Positions 1-13,286 of a DNA stretch of 64,000 nucleotides are shown here, piece by piece. The position numbers were made by a program, and so were the translations under genes. Below the pieces are notes generated by a model. That model had not been told where the DNA came from. It worked only from the letters and a program-made list of their open reading frames with translations, and ran no database searches. The number at the start of each line of letters is the position of its first letter. The stretch's first letter is position 1. This stretch comes from Diadema antillarum (lineage: Eukaryota): assembly GCF_040938485.1 (NCBI RefSeq), contig NW_027270977.1, forward strand, positions 248,001-312,000, read 5' to 3'.

Positions 1-148
1 AAGACTACTGATGTAGAGCGAAAGTGTTTATGCAGGAGAAATGCTACAAAGCACTGGAAAAGTCCAAACTATGCATTGTACAAAAAACCTAAAAAACCAA
101 TCTTTCCTATTATAATCGATCAAAATCTAACTAATGGATATGATTCCC

Positions 149-1171
149 TTAACCCTATAAAGCCCAAGCTATTTTGACCCCTTCCAGGCCCAAGGGGGGT
201 GGGGGTGGGGGTGGGGGGGGGCACATTGTGCCCCCCCCCCCCTATATAACTTCTTTATTATATGATGTATGACCGTCATATTTGGCACATGGATAGAGCA
301 ACTCATACTCTACATGACCCAACATTTGAAATTTCTCAAGGCCATTCACTGAAGGCGCTACTTACCAAAATATAAAGAAATACATAGGAAATACGCTGAA
401 ATCATGTTTTTTCTTTGTATTTCTTTATCCCCAGCATATATGTTTTTATTTCATATCAATCATTTTAATATTTACCATAACGGAAAAGAAAGTCAACCTT
501 CACTATTAGTCATGGTTGAAATTTCTCAAGGTCAACATATGGGGGCGCTATTCACTACAATATAAAGAAATATATGAAACCTATGATGTATTGCTTGGAA
601 TACTTGTAGATACATATATTGGTATCACATTTCATATTTCCAAAATATTGAAATTTTGAGTTTGCAGATTGATAATATGATAAACAAATGATATTACAGG
701 TAAAGCTTGTGTAAAGATAACACAAAATAAAAGGGTAGTCTTTGGAAAATGCTGTATTTTCGATTATTTCTATCATATCCATTGCTTGATGCCTATGTCA
801 TATAAAAATAAAGGAAATAATAAGAAAACCATTTCAGAGTAATTCACAATCATAATTACTTCACCATTTGGTCCTTTGGCAAATTACAGCCAAGAAAACT
901 CCCATTTCATCAATTATTATATTGTTAACTGACATTGGAACAGAAAATCATGCAAAATCTGACGAACATGGTTGTCAGTTTACGGTTGCCATGGCAACCA
1001 GCAATGTCGAACATAGCTAAATTATACATCAAAATGTTTGCAATAAGATTTTAGGACAAGTCACCAAATTTGGTGGAAATCGGGTTAAGGGTGTAGGAGT
1101 GGCAAACGAAAATATGGTAGGGGGGGGGGGGCACAATGTGCCCCCCCCCCCCTTGGGCTTTATAGGGTTAA
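149..1171. mobile_element. Non-autonomous piggyBac-like MITE (~1.0 kb), copy 1
   Basis: TTAA|CCCTATAAAGCCCAAG ... CTTGGGCTTTATAGGG|TTAA; subterminal GGGGGCACA(T/A)TGTGCCCCC palindromes at both ends; no transposase ORF. Confidence 0.9.
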
Positions 1172-3708
1172 AAGACACACACAGCAAAACAAACTAACAC
1201 ACAAACAAACAGACTAAGCACATTGTATCCTAACAAGAAATCTGTACCGGGAAACATCCTACTTACAATCATGAATACGCACAGTACAACTGCACAAAAT
1301 ATACTCTTCACAGAATCGGCGTTTGAAGATTTTAATTTCACTTAAAGCCAACACTACGAGAACAGCTTACAAAATGACAAAAAAGGAGCAATATTGCAGA
1401 ATTGTTGATAGCCATACACATAACAATGAAAGACTGAAAATATACAACGCACTGCCCATTCATTACAATGATAGCTATGAAAAGCAGAAGTATAATGTGA
1501 AATCTCTAAATATTTTATTCTTACTTCTCTTTTTTCGTTAACATGAAGACAATTTGGAGTCGTCTTGCACATTTCTTTTATTTTCTTTTTTTCTCGCATA
1601 GTTGTAACTCACCCTATAAGACCTCTTCCAGAGATAGGAAGAGAGAGACAGAGGGATGCAGGCGGTATAAAGATCATAGATTGGATAAGGTGAAGCAAGT
1701 GTGAAAAAACAGTGTAGGCGTACACCACAAAACCACAGGCCCACACGAAGGGGAAAGCTTACACGACCCAAGAACTAGCCAAACCGAGGTCCAGTCTGTC
1801 CCTGATAGCTGCAGCCCACCGAGTGCTTTTTTCAGCGTGGCCAAGAGATGGCGCTCTCCAACTTATGGCCTCTTACTACTTAAACTTCTATTTTGTCAGC
1901 ACCAAACATGAGCCTTTAACAGTGTGAGCTTACTGCAAATAACCTGTATGCATGAGAACTGCAGAGTTATCATGATGGCTGGGTTTGTGGTTGTAGACTT
2001 ATTATCACTCATGAATAAAAGGGGAAACTTTATCAGAACTTTATCACAACTGCAACATAAAAATCTTACACAGCTCATAGCAATGCTATTCTATTGGGGC
2101 CCCTGTGGCAGGGCTCGACATTAGATTTTTTCTCTGATGGCCTATTCCACTGTTAACTTATTCACATTTGAAATCTTACTTACCTCACAAATAAACGCAG
2201 CGATCCGACAAACAAAATACTAATTGACAAATGAATATTACAATCCATTTTTTAGACTTAGTTGCTCAATTGGGATAGCAAGAGAAAAGGAGCAGTGACA
2301 ATTGTATGTGTGATGTATTGTCATGATTAATACATGATTTCCAAAGAGAAACCTCAAATGCATTATCTTAGTCGCTATGGAAACATGAGATAACTGACAT
2401 TATCTCTGGAATAAAAAGAGCAGTATTTACATGTGCAACAAAATGTACAGAAAAATAATTGCAATTTTATGGGACTCACTTTGCCAGAAAAACAAAAAAT
2501 AATCATAATGGCTACAGCATGTACAATTGTCCGTTTAAATTTCCCTGGTAACAATAAAGCTATGAGTGATCATGAGTATTACTCTGTCATAAGCATGTTG
2601 AGGATAAGATGAAATTACAACAAGATATACAAAAAATAATGTACGAGACATACAAAGTACATTTGCCAGGCTACTAGATGTCTGTTATACAAAAAGAACA
2701 AAAGAAGGACAGGCCATGTCCCATGTACAAATGTCTGATGAAACAGAAATCACTCGGGCCTGATAGAATGCCCACACCGTGTCAAACTTTGCACGACTTC
2801 TTAATGTGGAAACTTTATCTGTCATGTTTACATGCAATGCACTGTAAACTGTAAACAGAACAAAAAACAAAACAGTCAAAAAAGCATCAATATGATACTG
2901 CATTTAAATAAAAATGTCTCAAGTGTGCTTCTGTATCCCTCTAAAAACATACAAGATATACAAATGTAGAAACAAGAACAAACACAAAAAACGGAAAAAA
3001 AAGAAGTACATATAGGTTCAAACTGACACCTTTTGTAAAATAAAAAACATCCACTCTACACACACAGATGGGTGATGCAAACTATTTCTGGGCACAATTT
3101 TCGCTGAATCAGCCTCACTGTTGTTCTCATTGAGTTAAAGATTTCAGATGCTTTGGATCACATGGGTGCAATATACATGTCGCGGATGCATTGGTCTTTT
3201 ATTCTCAAGTTATAAAGTGGATCGAAAATATTTTACACCTCCTGATGAATATTACTTGAAGGCTCTGTATTTCAATGTTTCCTCTGAAAAAAAAAATAAA
3301 AAAAAGACATTTAAAGAATCAAAGTTCTCAGCTCCTACGTGGCTTATGAGTCTCTGATATCATGTAAATGCAAAAAGAAGAAAATACAACTAGACTTGAA
3401 TGTAACAAAATGATAAATCCTTAAATTGTGAATCAGGGAGTGAGCAGAGCTACTACTTTTCATGTGTTCCACAGCAGTAGTGTTAGAAAAAAAAAAGTTT
3501 AGCAAACAGTCTATGATAATAGCATGCTGATATTTGTTAATAAAAATCTTAATAGTGAAAGCATGATTCACAACAAAATTGAAATACAGGATTTTTTTCC
3601 CACTGCATTTTGAATATCATCATGCAGCTAAAGCAGCAAACTTTGACACTTTCTGAAATTATGCCACCACAATGTTGAACAGTGCCTTATGTTGTCATCA
3701 AAGTGCTC

Positions 3709-3799
3709 TTAACTCATTGAGGATGAGCTGATTTTGCTGACATGCATTTCCCATACACAACTGCCCAAATATACCCGAGAATAATCTTCAACGGGTTAA
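3709..3799. mobile_element. ~90 bp TTAA-flanked mini-MITE (piggyBac-type ends)
   Basis: TTAACTCATTGAGGAT...ATCTTCAACGGGTTAA; homologous to 8956-9048 and 28456-28535. Confidence 0.65.
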
Positions 3800-6242
3800 A
3801 GCAAATAGTAAATGAATATTCTTGGCAAAAGAAAGAAAAAAAAAGTGCTGTCACTCAGTTGCTAGATGAAAGGAAGATGTTTTGTCTTGTATTTTGAACA
3901 GATAGAACTGGTTCAGAACTGCTTTCAGCTCTGGTTTATCCAATGACAAACAATGTTTCAAGATTATCTTAAACTTCATGATCTTTTGCCAATGTGACCA
4001 CAGCTTAGGACACTGTCTCCCCATCATGTTCTCGGGTAAAGGTACATGATATATTTGCTGCTAATATTATCTTTTCCTATTCAAATTGGCAACACAAGTT
4101 TTACTGTGTATCCTTTAATGGAGAAAGATAACTAGTAGAGGGATGTGGCTAGATGCATAAAATCTGTACGACATTAAAAACAAACAAATATGCATACATC
4201 ACAGAAGAATTGAGATAGAAACACTGGGTTTCATCTATTTACATGCACGGCCAATTCCAAGTGTCAGTCATTAAATTTTGTGATTGAGAGGCTTTTGAAA
4301 ATCCAGCAACTGAAACAAGCATTGACATATAGAAACAAAATGTTCTAATGAAAGGGAATGTTTGAACTTTACCTCATGAAACAGGAAGAATAAATAGCTT
4401 TAATCATGATTAAAAGATAATGGCATCAAATACCAGAAGTGGGCTTTCTGGGACTACAGACTGGTACATGTAATACACAGTTGATGCACTTTGGCAGCAT
4501 TTGTTCCTTGGCTTCTATAGTACACAGTGTAAAGTGATTATAATCCTGTAAAATTGCAAAAAAAAATGTATTCAATTGACCAAAGGAGGTTCAAGAGATG
4601 AAGTTCAAACTGGCTGTAATTATTCACAGAGCTGCCAGTTTGTTCCTTGGATGGACTGAAGAATTCAACTGGTGCATTCGTGCCTCTGCTGAACGAGGAT
4701 CAAAGCCGCCATCTTTCTTCGCAATCTGAAAATTTATTTTGAATCATTTAAATTTATCATATGAAATGAAATTTCACCTGACGATAAAGCACATGCCACA
4801 GAAGGAAATACACATTGTACCATCCAGAAATATGTGCAGAAGTTTACATCTGAGCTGTATATTGTGAAAACACTTGAAACTGTACCCTGACTGCCCAGCC
4901 AATTTCATTATTTTTCCAGTCACTTGTGACAAATGAAAATGATATGGTATAATCTTCAAGTACAGTTACTTATATATTCATATGTCAGATTCCTATAAAG
5001 CCATGTAAACTTAAGTGATTTTGAATGGTATTTTATCAATCTTTGTACAATATTTGCGAATCCCTGTGTCTGTTCCAGTATGTACACATACCACTCATCT
5101 CATAAGAAAGGACGGCATAAAGTAATTACTATCATAAAGAGATATCTTCCTTGCACAAAGGGAGGTCATCATGCAATGATGCATGAATCCATTGTCTTCC
5201 TATCTGTGGGACAGCTCCAGTTTGGCACTTACTTCAAATATATTTTTTAGGGGCAGCATCAAACATGGATCAAAGAGAATACAACTGTTGACACTCCATC
5301 TCTATAAACCTCCTTGAATCAGCCATACCCACACCCAGAAGCTATTCGAAATCTATAAAGTCTATTCACAGTCCATGCCAAACACAGCTACATGTACATG
5401 TATAAATGAATAATATTCTCTGTATCATTCTGTACACTACTGTAACACACACACAAATGTAAAAGACAGATTGACATTCAAAACAAAATGCTACCATTTG
5501 TTTGAACTCAAAGCCTTGTTACACATTCAAACCTTGAGTTATTACATAATTCATCAGCACACCAGCTCAGAAATAATATTATGCACTTGTACAGGTGCAA
5601 GAAACTTGAGAGTGCCGTATGCAGTAGAAAAGTACAACAGCTCCACAGTCAAATGTACAATTATATATCAAAATCTTCCTGTAGGACATATTTAAATATT
5701 TATATTTGTATGAAAAAAAAAAATAGTAAGGTGGGTTAACAGAGTTGCCATTTCATTCTTCTACACTTTCTTGCTTAGACCTACATGTACCTCTATTTAA
5801 AAAGAATACACCAAAATTGTGTTGAAAAAAAAAATGTTAGTATCAGGTGAGAACCACAAAGAATCTGAATTACTCAGTAGCAGTGATATGCTTCGAAGAA
5901 GGTTGAAGTCATGGAAAGTCTGAGCACTCACAAATTTTCTATTTACAAATAAACTTGATATCTAAATGTGACACCATGTAATGAATAACCTCGTGATATT
6001 TCTCTTCCATTTTGTAAATTTTGTATATATAAACTAATGTTTTATCTTTTCTCCTTTTTTTTGACTTGAGCACTGGGTTGCCATATAAAAAATAGCCTTG
6101 TTTTCATGCATGTACGCATTCAATATTTCTTCTTTCTCTACCATACAAGAAATGTATGAAATTGATGAGATATGTATTCCTGTCTGTATGCTTGCTTCAA
6201 TTTAATATCAAGTTTGTGTCTCACACCGGCCATATTCACAGA

Positions 6243-6656
6243 CAATGGGCGTTTCTTCATCAGACCAAAGTTCAAACGTTGCTATTTTGCGGATTAGAAA
6301 AATAGCCCAATATCGTGTGTGCTTTTATCAGCTCAAAAACAGCAAGTTGACACATGCGTACTTTGCATCACTACTCTGCTCGGCAACAGAACTCTACGTA
6401 GAGTTCTGTGGGCTCAGCGCATGGTTCAAGTGATGGCATCGAGAAATTTTTTTCACCCCATGGAGACGCAAACTTGATTGCGCACTAATTCACAATCTGG
6501 ACCAAGATTTCTTTGGGGAATTTTCCTGATCAGAAAGCACGCTATGAGCTTCTCCTTTGCATATCAACAGCGGGTTTATTTGACATCAGGCTAATTTTCT
6601 AACTACAAAATAGGCCGCTATTTTGAAACTTTAGTCTGATGAAGACAGGCCCAATG
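6243..6656. mobile_element. MITE (~410 bp), superfamily unassigned, downstream of the BPNT2 stop
   Basis: Imperfect ~35 bp TIRs CAATGGGCGTTTCTTCATCAGACCAAAGTT / AACTTTAGTCTGATGAAGACAGGCCCAATG; internal palindrome CAGAACTCTACGTAGAGTTCTG. Confidence 0.7.
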
Positions 6657-7090
6657 TAGTCCTTGCAATTAATTCCATTTGGACAAGAAATTTGGTTAGA
6701 TATTAAGTAAATAACGATCCATTTCCCTTCTTGGTATTAGTATAGTGACTTGATTGGTTGAACAACATCACTTCCACCCCCTCCCCCTCCACAACTGCCC
6801 CCCCCCCCAAAAAAAAAAAAAAAAAAAAAAAAATCCTTCACCTAATGGACTTGGTAGCAGTTCAGTGTTTGTTGATATTGAATTACTCACCTACATGTAT
6901 CTACTATTACATAAACAGAAGGAAATTTCACTCCTTGATTGTGTTCTTGTAGACAAAGAAGAATGGCCTCCCCGCATCCTCCTAGCTTTCTGATCAACGC
7001 TCATAAATCCAATACCTGAAACATTGTTCATCAATATTCATTGCATCACACACCTCTGTAGACCTCTATAAAGCTCTCGATGTTTCCATC

Positions 7091-7356
7091 CTAGGATTTT
7101 TCGGCCTTCATTCGTTCGTAGACCGGCTTCAGTTTCTCCAGGAACTGCTCGTGGTCCCATATCGTTGCCAGGAGCCCGTCCGGGTTCTTGGGGTCGTCAT
7201 AGCGATCGTAGTCGATGACTCCGCCTTCCAGAGTGGACATCTTTGAATTCATCTCCTGGAGGATGGCGTTCCCAGCGCAGATGTCCCACTTCTTGATCAA
7301 GGTGACATGCACGTATGCGTCCGCCTTGCCTTCCAATAGAGACATGACTTTGTAAC
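7091..7356 (-). CDS. BPNT2: BPNT2/IMPAD1 coding exon 5 (terminal)
   Basis: TTCTTTCAG acceptor; [29 protein letters not shown]...KAEKS*. Confidence 0.95.
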
Positions 7357-10300
7357 CTGAAAGAATATCCACAAGAGTACATCACTTGAAAATTTCTCTT
7401 CTTTTTTTTTTCTCAATTTGAAGACTGCAATAGACCGTCTCTGTAACTTATTACAATTTATGGATGTTTCTGTTCTAACAGCATAGCAACAAAGCATTTC
7501 ATTCACCTGCTCCCTCCAATTACATTTCATATGTAGGATTTAGCTGTTGATAAGTCCGGCAAGCTTTCTGGTTGTTAAGGGAGACTTTTGTTAATAAAGT
7601 AATGCATAAAATCTGAATATCATAGAACCGGTCTACTGTCCTACACTACCAAAAACAGACCTACAAGAAATTAGATCAATCACTTGAATATAGAAAGCAG
7701 GGGATACAAAAATGCTCTTTTGCAAGATTACCGCACCTGCTCCTCCTGCTGGTATGACCTCGGTAGACTCGCCGAATGTTGTCTTGGCGACCTTTTCCAC
7801 GTCGCCTGCGTGGCTCCTGGAGACGATGATGCGTGGACTCTTTAGGATGTTGGCGTCATACTTGATCTCCTGGAGGTGGGGGGCGTGTCCCTTTCCCACC
7901 CACGCCCAGCCTGGAAGTGAGATCAACAAGCAGGCATTAAAAGCAAAATCTACAGGGACAGTTCATCCTAATATTATGTTGCTTCGTAGGAAAAGAGAAA
8001 ACTCAGTGAAATAGATCAGTGAACAGTTTTGAAAAAAGAAAATACACACACATACAAAAATTGTTACAGCTTAGACAGTCAAACAGATTGGAAACTCTGT
8101 ATGACCTGTGTGTTGAGCAGATGTCCATTTGATTTTACACAAAATTTAGCCAATCTTTTAATCTTCTCCCAAGATAAACTTTCTTCAGACTCTGTTCTTG
8201 GTATATATTTAGAGTGCACATATGTGCAATACGTTTTGTGTGTCCTCCTCAACAAACAGTTCTCTTTGATCCCCTACAATTGAGAAATTATGTATACCTA
8301 CTAGCAAATACAAACACAAATATATAGTTCCAAAAGAGTGCTCTTGGCAGGTGCTCGTACACTCAAAAGCCCAAACTTACTTGTTTTGGGTCCTTCTTCA
8401 AGAAAAGGCTTGTGGATGACCCCAATGACTGGCCTCCCCTTGACAGCCACACACACCATTGTGGTGACATACTGCAGCAAATCCTCTACGAGGTGCACAG
8501 ATAAAGGAAAACACATACAAAAACAAAAACCAATAAGAAAAAAACGCTAGTATATATACATGAATGATGCACACACAGAGACATCACTGTTAGGTTGCAA
8601 TTTTTTTATAACACATGAAAATTATATACATGTATTGTGAATGGACAGGCATTAATGCACTTACTCCAGCCTCTGTGTCAAATCACAAAAATAACATCTT
8701 GCAAAGATGTCAGTGACCTCCTCATTCACAAAAATATCTGTATGCAAAAAAATAACAGCATCTACACTAACAGATATCAATATGAACAATTACATCATCG
8801 CCTTTGAAATCCCCTCTACTTTTTACACACACAATTGTAATTGTAAAAAAATATATATATGTATAAACAAAAATTATATATTTGCAAATGTTTTTGGTGG
8901 ACAAGTTCACACTACAGCCATTCCGTTGTTCAAGTCACGATTGTATTAATCTACATTAACCCGTTGATGATGGACCGATTCTGCTACAACACACATTTCC
9001 CATAGACACCTTCCCGAGTATACTTGGGACTTATCCTCAACAGGTTAAAAGTTAAATCACAATACTTGTATTTCACTGAAATGAACACAGCTCAAACAAG
9101 AATCTAGTGAAGATTTGGGTAAAGGCCACTGCAAGACTTTAGAGGGCCAATTCCATGCTATGTTTCAGCTGGAGTAAAATCATCAAGGTTGTGACTTGTG
9201 CTTTTGAATACATGACATAATGAATTTTTAAAAAAAAGGAAGAAGAAAGAATGAATGAATACAAATTACACACATCACAGAAGATAACTAATAAGTTTGG
9301 CCCACCTGTGTATTCTTGCGTTGCATCAAGAGGATCAACCCAAACTGTGATGTCGCCGGATGGAATCTTTTCGTCCGTCTGAATCACTTTGGAAACGATA
9401 GGAATATCTTTGTTGACGGGCTTCACGCTTTCCATGTTGAATTCTTTCTTCTCATGCTCCTCAGAGACAACCTGTTAAAAATGCAAAAAGAAAGGTATGA
9501 TAGGGGGTTGTGTTTCCGGACACTTAATGTCTTAAGTTCGTGTGTGAAAACTTACCTATTTTACATAGAATATGCACCCTTCTTTACCTCAGACTTGATA
9601 TAGACTCCTCATATACTAGACAACATACTCTGAAAATGGCGTGAGAATTCCTGGGTGCGTCATTTTCATTACAGACGCACTTACAATACACGTCCGGTCC
9701 CACAACCTGTCCAGTCCCACAACGCTTGGTCATACTACTAATCAGGCCAAGTCCTGGTTTGTCCACAGCTGTGGATGACCATCCACAGGACACCAGGGCA
9801 ACTAATTCTCACCTAATGTACTACAACATGTTCTATGATTAAATTTACGATCACAACCACTGACACAGTCACAGATTGATACAAAGTGAGTAATTTCCCA
9901 CCTCCGATATACATGTATGATATTTTAGTGAAAGAGCACCTGGAAAGCATGAAACACTTTACACCATGCAGCCTACCAAATCAACTATCAGTAGATCTAT
10001 TAGTATTAATTTTAAAACCGGATCTAAAAAAAAAAGAAAAGGTCACAATTAAATACGCCTGATACATCTTTTTTTCTCACTTTTAGTGCAGTGGAGGATA
10101 GATATAAATTACAAAACCAAAGTCAGTCTAGGGTCTACCCCTATAAATTTACAATCCAACTCAAAATTTTAGGCTATTTTACGTCATGGTTTGGGATCAC
10201 TCTCCTTGAAGCTTTATTCAGCCTTTATTTATGCCTACTGTATTATATTTTTACTTACATGTATGTTATAGACAGCTGGGCAATTGCACAATTGCCCATA

Positions 10301-11627
10301 GCTGCATCCCCAGACTGGTTTATAAGGGATCATATGTGACCCGCTACAACAAAAGGATCCTAAAGTCGCTGACGGCTGAGCCAAGAAAATCGAGTTTGAA
10401 GTCACATCATCAAAATTGGTCAAAACAGTTCGATTTCTGTTTTTGGCATAATTTTGTAGTCTAATGTTTTGTCTATCTGTGATCATCTGCCGAAATTTCG
10501 AAGCTAAATGATCAAATGAAAGGCAAGAAATTAGCATTTTTCTGGGCCATGATTTTTCGACTTTCAACGTAACAGAAACGTGTCCGAAGATTTGGATTTA
10601 GCACCGCAACTAGACTCCGCCCCTAGCAACGAGGAAGTGATCTTATTGGTCAGTGCTTGGCATCCTGATTACTGATTGGTCGTGCGTAGACCGCTGGCGC
10701 TAAGCTTGCACGAACACTGCGGAGGTCGCTAGGAGCATACCTTCTATTGTCAAGCGGTGAAAACTGTCTCGCCTCCCCTTGATCATGGTAGCGTCAGAAG
10801 GAAAACTTTCAAGGCGTTTTTCTCGAAACTCTGATTTCCTCAACCACTTGACATGCGCTAATAAAATCATCGATATCTCCGCAACCGAGTACTGTTATGA
10901 TTTGTGTTATATATGAAATTAAAGTAAAAGAGGAAGGGAATAATGTCATGTCATTTTCAGAAAATTGTCCTTCCCCGACTTTCGGATCCTTTTGGCTTTT
11001 GTAGTAGCGGGTCACATATAGTTTTATGAAATATGAAAAAGATGCAATTTCAAAAAGGATTCAACGTTTATTTGATGAAAATCTTGAAATGGCTAATCTA
11101 GCTAATCTAGATTATCTAGTATTATTAATATTAATTTGGTTCTAACGTTGATCAGAATACAAGTTAAAGACTAGACTCGTCGACGTAAGACTTTGACGAA
11201 GTGCAGTGACAGTGGCAGTGTGCATGTGACTGCAGATCTTAAGTTAATCACATTGTGAGCTTACAAAGACAGAAGGGAATGACTTCTTAAATCCAGATAC
11301 GATAGCTTCATGTGACTTCATATCACCATCCGTGACAGGGTTGTTCATTCCTTCCTTGGTCTTTCCTTTGCTGGCTTCGTTGAGCCGGTGCGAGTCGCGG
11401 ATAGCCTTCACCACTACGCCTCCACGTTCAGCTAGCTGGATGCTGGCTGCGAGCAGTTCCTTCATGCTGATCAGTTCACCTTTCGAAGCCGAAATTACCT
11501 CATTTGCTTTGGTATCAGAACCATTGTAATATGTTCTTTGTATAAACAGAAGTGTACCTCCCCCTAGAAGTACAAGCACTATGACACCAAATGGATTTAG
11601 GCGTATGTTCGGCATTGCGAAAGACAT
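7091..11627 (-). CDS. BPNT2: Golgi-resident PAP 3'-phosphatase / inositol monophosphatase 3 (IMPAD1, gPAPP); join(11627-11265, 9471-9306, 8485-8381, 7910-7737, 7356-7091), ~357 aa
   Basis: Exons translate to an N-terminal TM anchor ([20 protein letters not shown]) followed by [63 protein letters not shown] and [13 protein letters not shown], all matching the human IMPAD1 sequence as I recall it. All four introns are GT-AG with phases 0,1,1,1; total 1074 nt is in frame. The start could be 11627 or 11615. Confidence 0.96.
7737..7910 (-). CDS. BPNT2: BPNT2/IMPAD1 coding exon 4
   Basis: CTTCCAG acceptor; SWAWVGKG...SRSHAGDV...IPAGGA; donor GTGCGG. Confidence 0.95.
8381..8485 (-). CDS. BPNT2: BPNT2/IMPAD1 coding exon 3
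   Basis: TAG acceptor; [35 protein letters not shown]; donor GTAAGT. Confidence 0.95.
8956..9048. mobile_element. ~90 bp TTAA-flanked mini-MITE in BPNT2 intron 2
   Basis: TTAACCCGTTGATGAT...ATCCTCAACAGGTTAA. Confidence 0.7.
9306..9471 (-). CDS. BPNT2: BPNT2/IMPAD1 coding exon 2
   Basis: TTTTAACAG acceptor; VVSEEH...[13 protein letters not shown] (DPLD metal-binding motif); donor GTGGG. Confidence 0.95.
10332..11019. mobile_element. MITE (~690 bp) in BPNT2 intron 1, TGT...ACA-type ends
   Basis: TIRs ATATGTGACCCGCTACAACAAAAGGATCCTAAAGTCG / CGACTTTCGGATCCTTTTGGCTTTTGTAGTAGCGGGTCACATAT. Confidence 0.8.
11265..11627 (-). CDS. BPNT2: BPNT2/IMPAD1 coding exon 1
   Basis: [10 protein letters not shown]...KKSFPSVF, then donor GTAAG at 11264; phase 0. 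Confidence 0.93.
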
Positions 11628-11639
11628 TTGGAAAGTTGT

Positions 11640-11810
11640 CCGTCGTATCAACAATCTTTTCACGTGTATGGGACTGAGCACAAGAATTGTTCATTTGTTT
11701 TGTATACGTGTACGTTTACACGACAAACTGCGCCGGTGGATGATGTTCGGCTGGCGTTCGGCTGTGGTGCTGGTGGACTTGCCCGTAAACGTGTCCAATC
11801 TGAGACAATA
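11640..11810 (-). promoter_or_regulatory. Putative BPNT2 5' UTR / proximal promoter
   Basis: CpG-rich stretch immediately 5' of the ATG with a CCAAT near 11796. Confidence 0.45.
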
Positions 11811-12349
11811 GATTAATTTTATTTATTAGTCTTTTGGAAACGCCATTTTTTCAGAATTATAGGCATTTAAAACTATTAGTTATATATTTTTAAATTCTTT
11901 CTAACATTTGTTTTTTAAATGTTGAAAGTTAAAATAAAAATTATACTCATCAATAACTACTACTACCAATTGGCAAATGGTGCTAACGAGGAAAAAATAA
12001 TAATAGCACCAACCCCTCCCCACTCCCCTCCCACCCCCAGGCCTATTATGCACAAGGATAGAAACTCGTCTAACATCCCAAACTTTTATGTAGGCCTGTA
12101 AAGCACTTTTATATTTCTGGTGACACTTCCGGGTTTAATCAGCAGCTGACAAGCAAGCAAGCAAAACAAAACAAAACAAAACAAGAACAAAAATAAAATA
12201 AAATGGGGGGGGGGGGGGGAGGGTGCTCGCCAGTGCGCCTCCTCCTGGATCCACCACTGGGTTGTTAGACCATGGGATGACATGGAAAAATCAGCCTAGT
12301 TTTTGAGTTTCGTAGTCCGTATTTAGGCTCCACCTGAAAATGTGCCAAC

Positions 12350-13000
12350 CTATGGTAATTTGGGGTGCTGAATCCAAATATCAATGTTGCCAAGTCAGCA
12401 ACATGCACGTTCTAATGATATTAGTGCTTAATTATGCAAATTTATGCAGGAATGTGATATTTTCAGTTTGTGTTGGTGGGTCTGCATTTGGATCACTGAA
12501 AATTAGCAAAGTGGGATAATTTTTGTGTGCTGAGTCCATATATGAATGTCATTTAGTCAGAAATGTGTGCCCTTTTTCATATTTATGCTTAATTATGCAA
12601 ATTTCAGGTATTCTATGCAAAATTCCTATTATTTCTATTTCATCTTGGTATCATGCGTTTGAACCAATGAAAATTCATACATTGGAGTTATTTGGGATGC
12701 TGAGTTCATTTATGAATGATGAAAAATCATTAGCCATCATGTTAACTTGATCAGTGCTTGATTATGCAAATTAGATTAATTTATGCAGAACATAGTATTT
12801 TCATTCTTTCAGAGCGAGTCTTCATTTGTGGAGCAATGAAAATTAGCACAGTTGTTAAATTGGGGGTGCTGATTCCAAATATAAATGTGGTAAAATCAGT
12901 CACCTGCATGATTGTACTTGATTATGTAAATTTAATTAATTAATGCAAGATACAGTAATTTCTTCTTTCTTGGTTGGTCTGTGTATTTTGATCACTGGGG
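12350..13000. repeat. Degenerate tandem array, 4 units of ~162-170 bp, each with an octamer(-like) motif
   Basis: GCTGA anchors at 12367, 12529, 12699, 12868; ATGCAAAT at 12434, 12595, 12764 and ATGTAAAT at 12924. Confidence 0.7.
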
Positions 13001-13286
13001 GAAAATGCCCAGTGGGGTTATAAGGGTTAGGGTCCGTATGTACAGGAAATGTTTCCAAGTTAAGCTGCATGTGATCAGAGCTTAATGACACAGAGTACAA
13101 ACTACAGTGATGCACTGCATTTGGTTTGCAAATTAAGTGTTTAATTAAAGCTTTTCCACATCCACACATTATCCAGGGGTAAAATTACGTGTATACTCAG
13201 ATCATGGTCATTGTAATAACAAATGATTCATAATCTTATTGCCAGCTGATATGATCTCTTATTATTTAAAAAAATAAACTATTCAA

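Noticed and set aside
1815-1835. ACCGAGTGCTTTTTT resembling a tracrRNA/sgRNA 3' end or Pol III terminator
   Set aside because: The match is short, lacks the rest of the scaffold, and no upstream Pol III promoter elements are visible
7085-7095. Stop-codon readthrough or selenocysteine recoding in BPNT2 or DEPTOR
   Set aside because: The stops are TAG-G and TGA-A, not readthrough-prone contexts; there is no in-frame internal UGA and no recognisable SECIS
11628-11681. N-terminal extension of BPNT2 given by the ORF track
   Set aside because: It starts at GTG; similarity to IMPAD1 begins at the ATGs at 11627/11615
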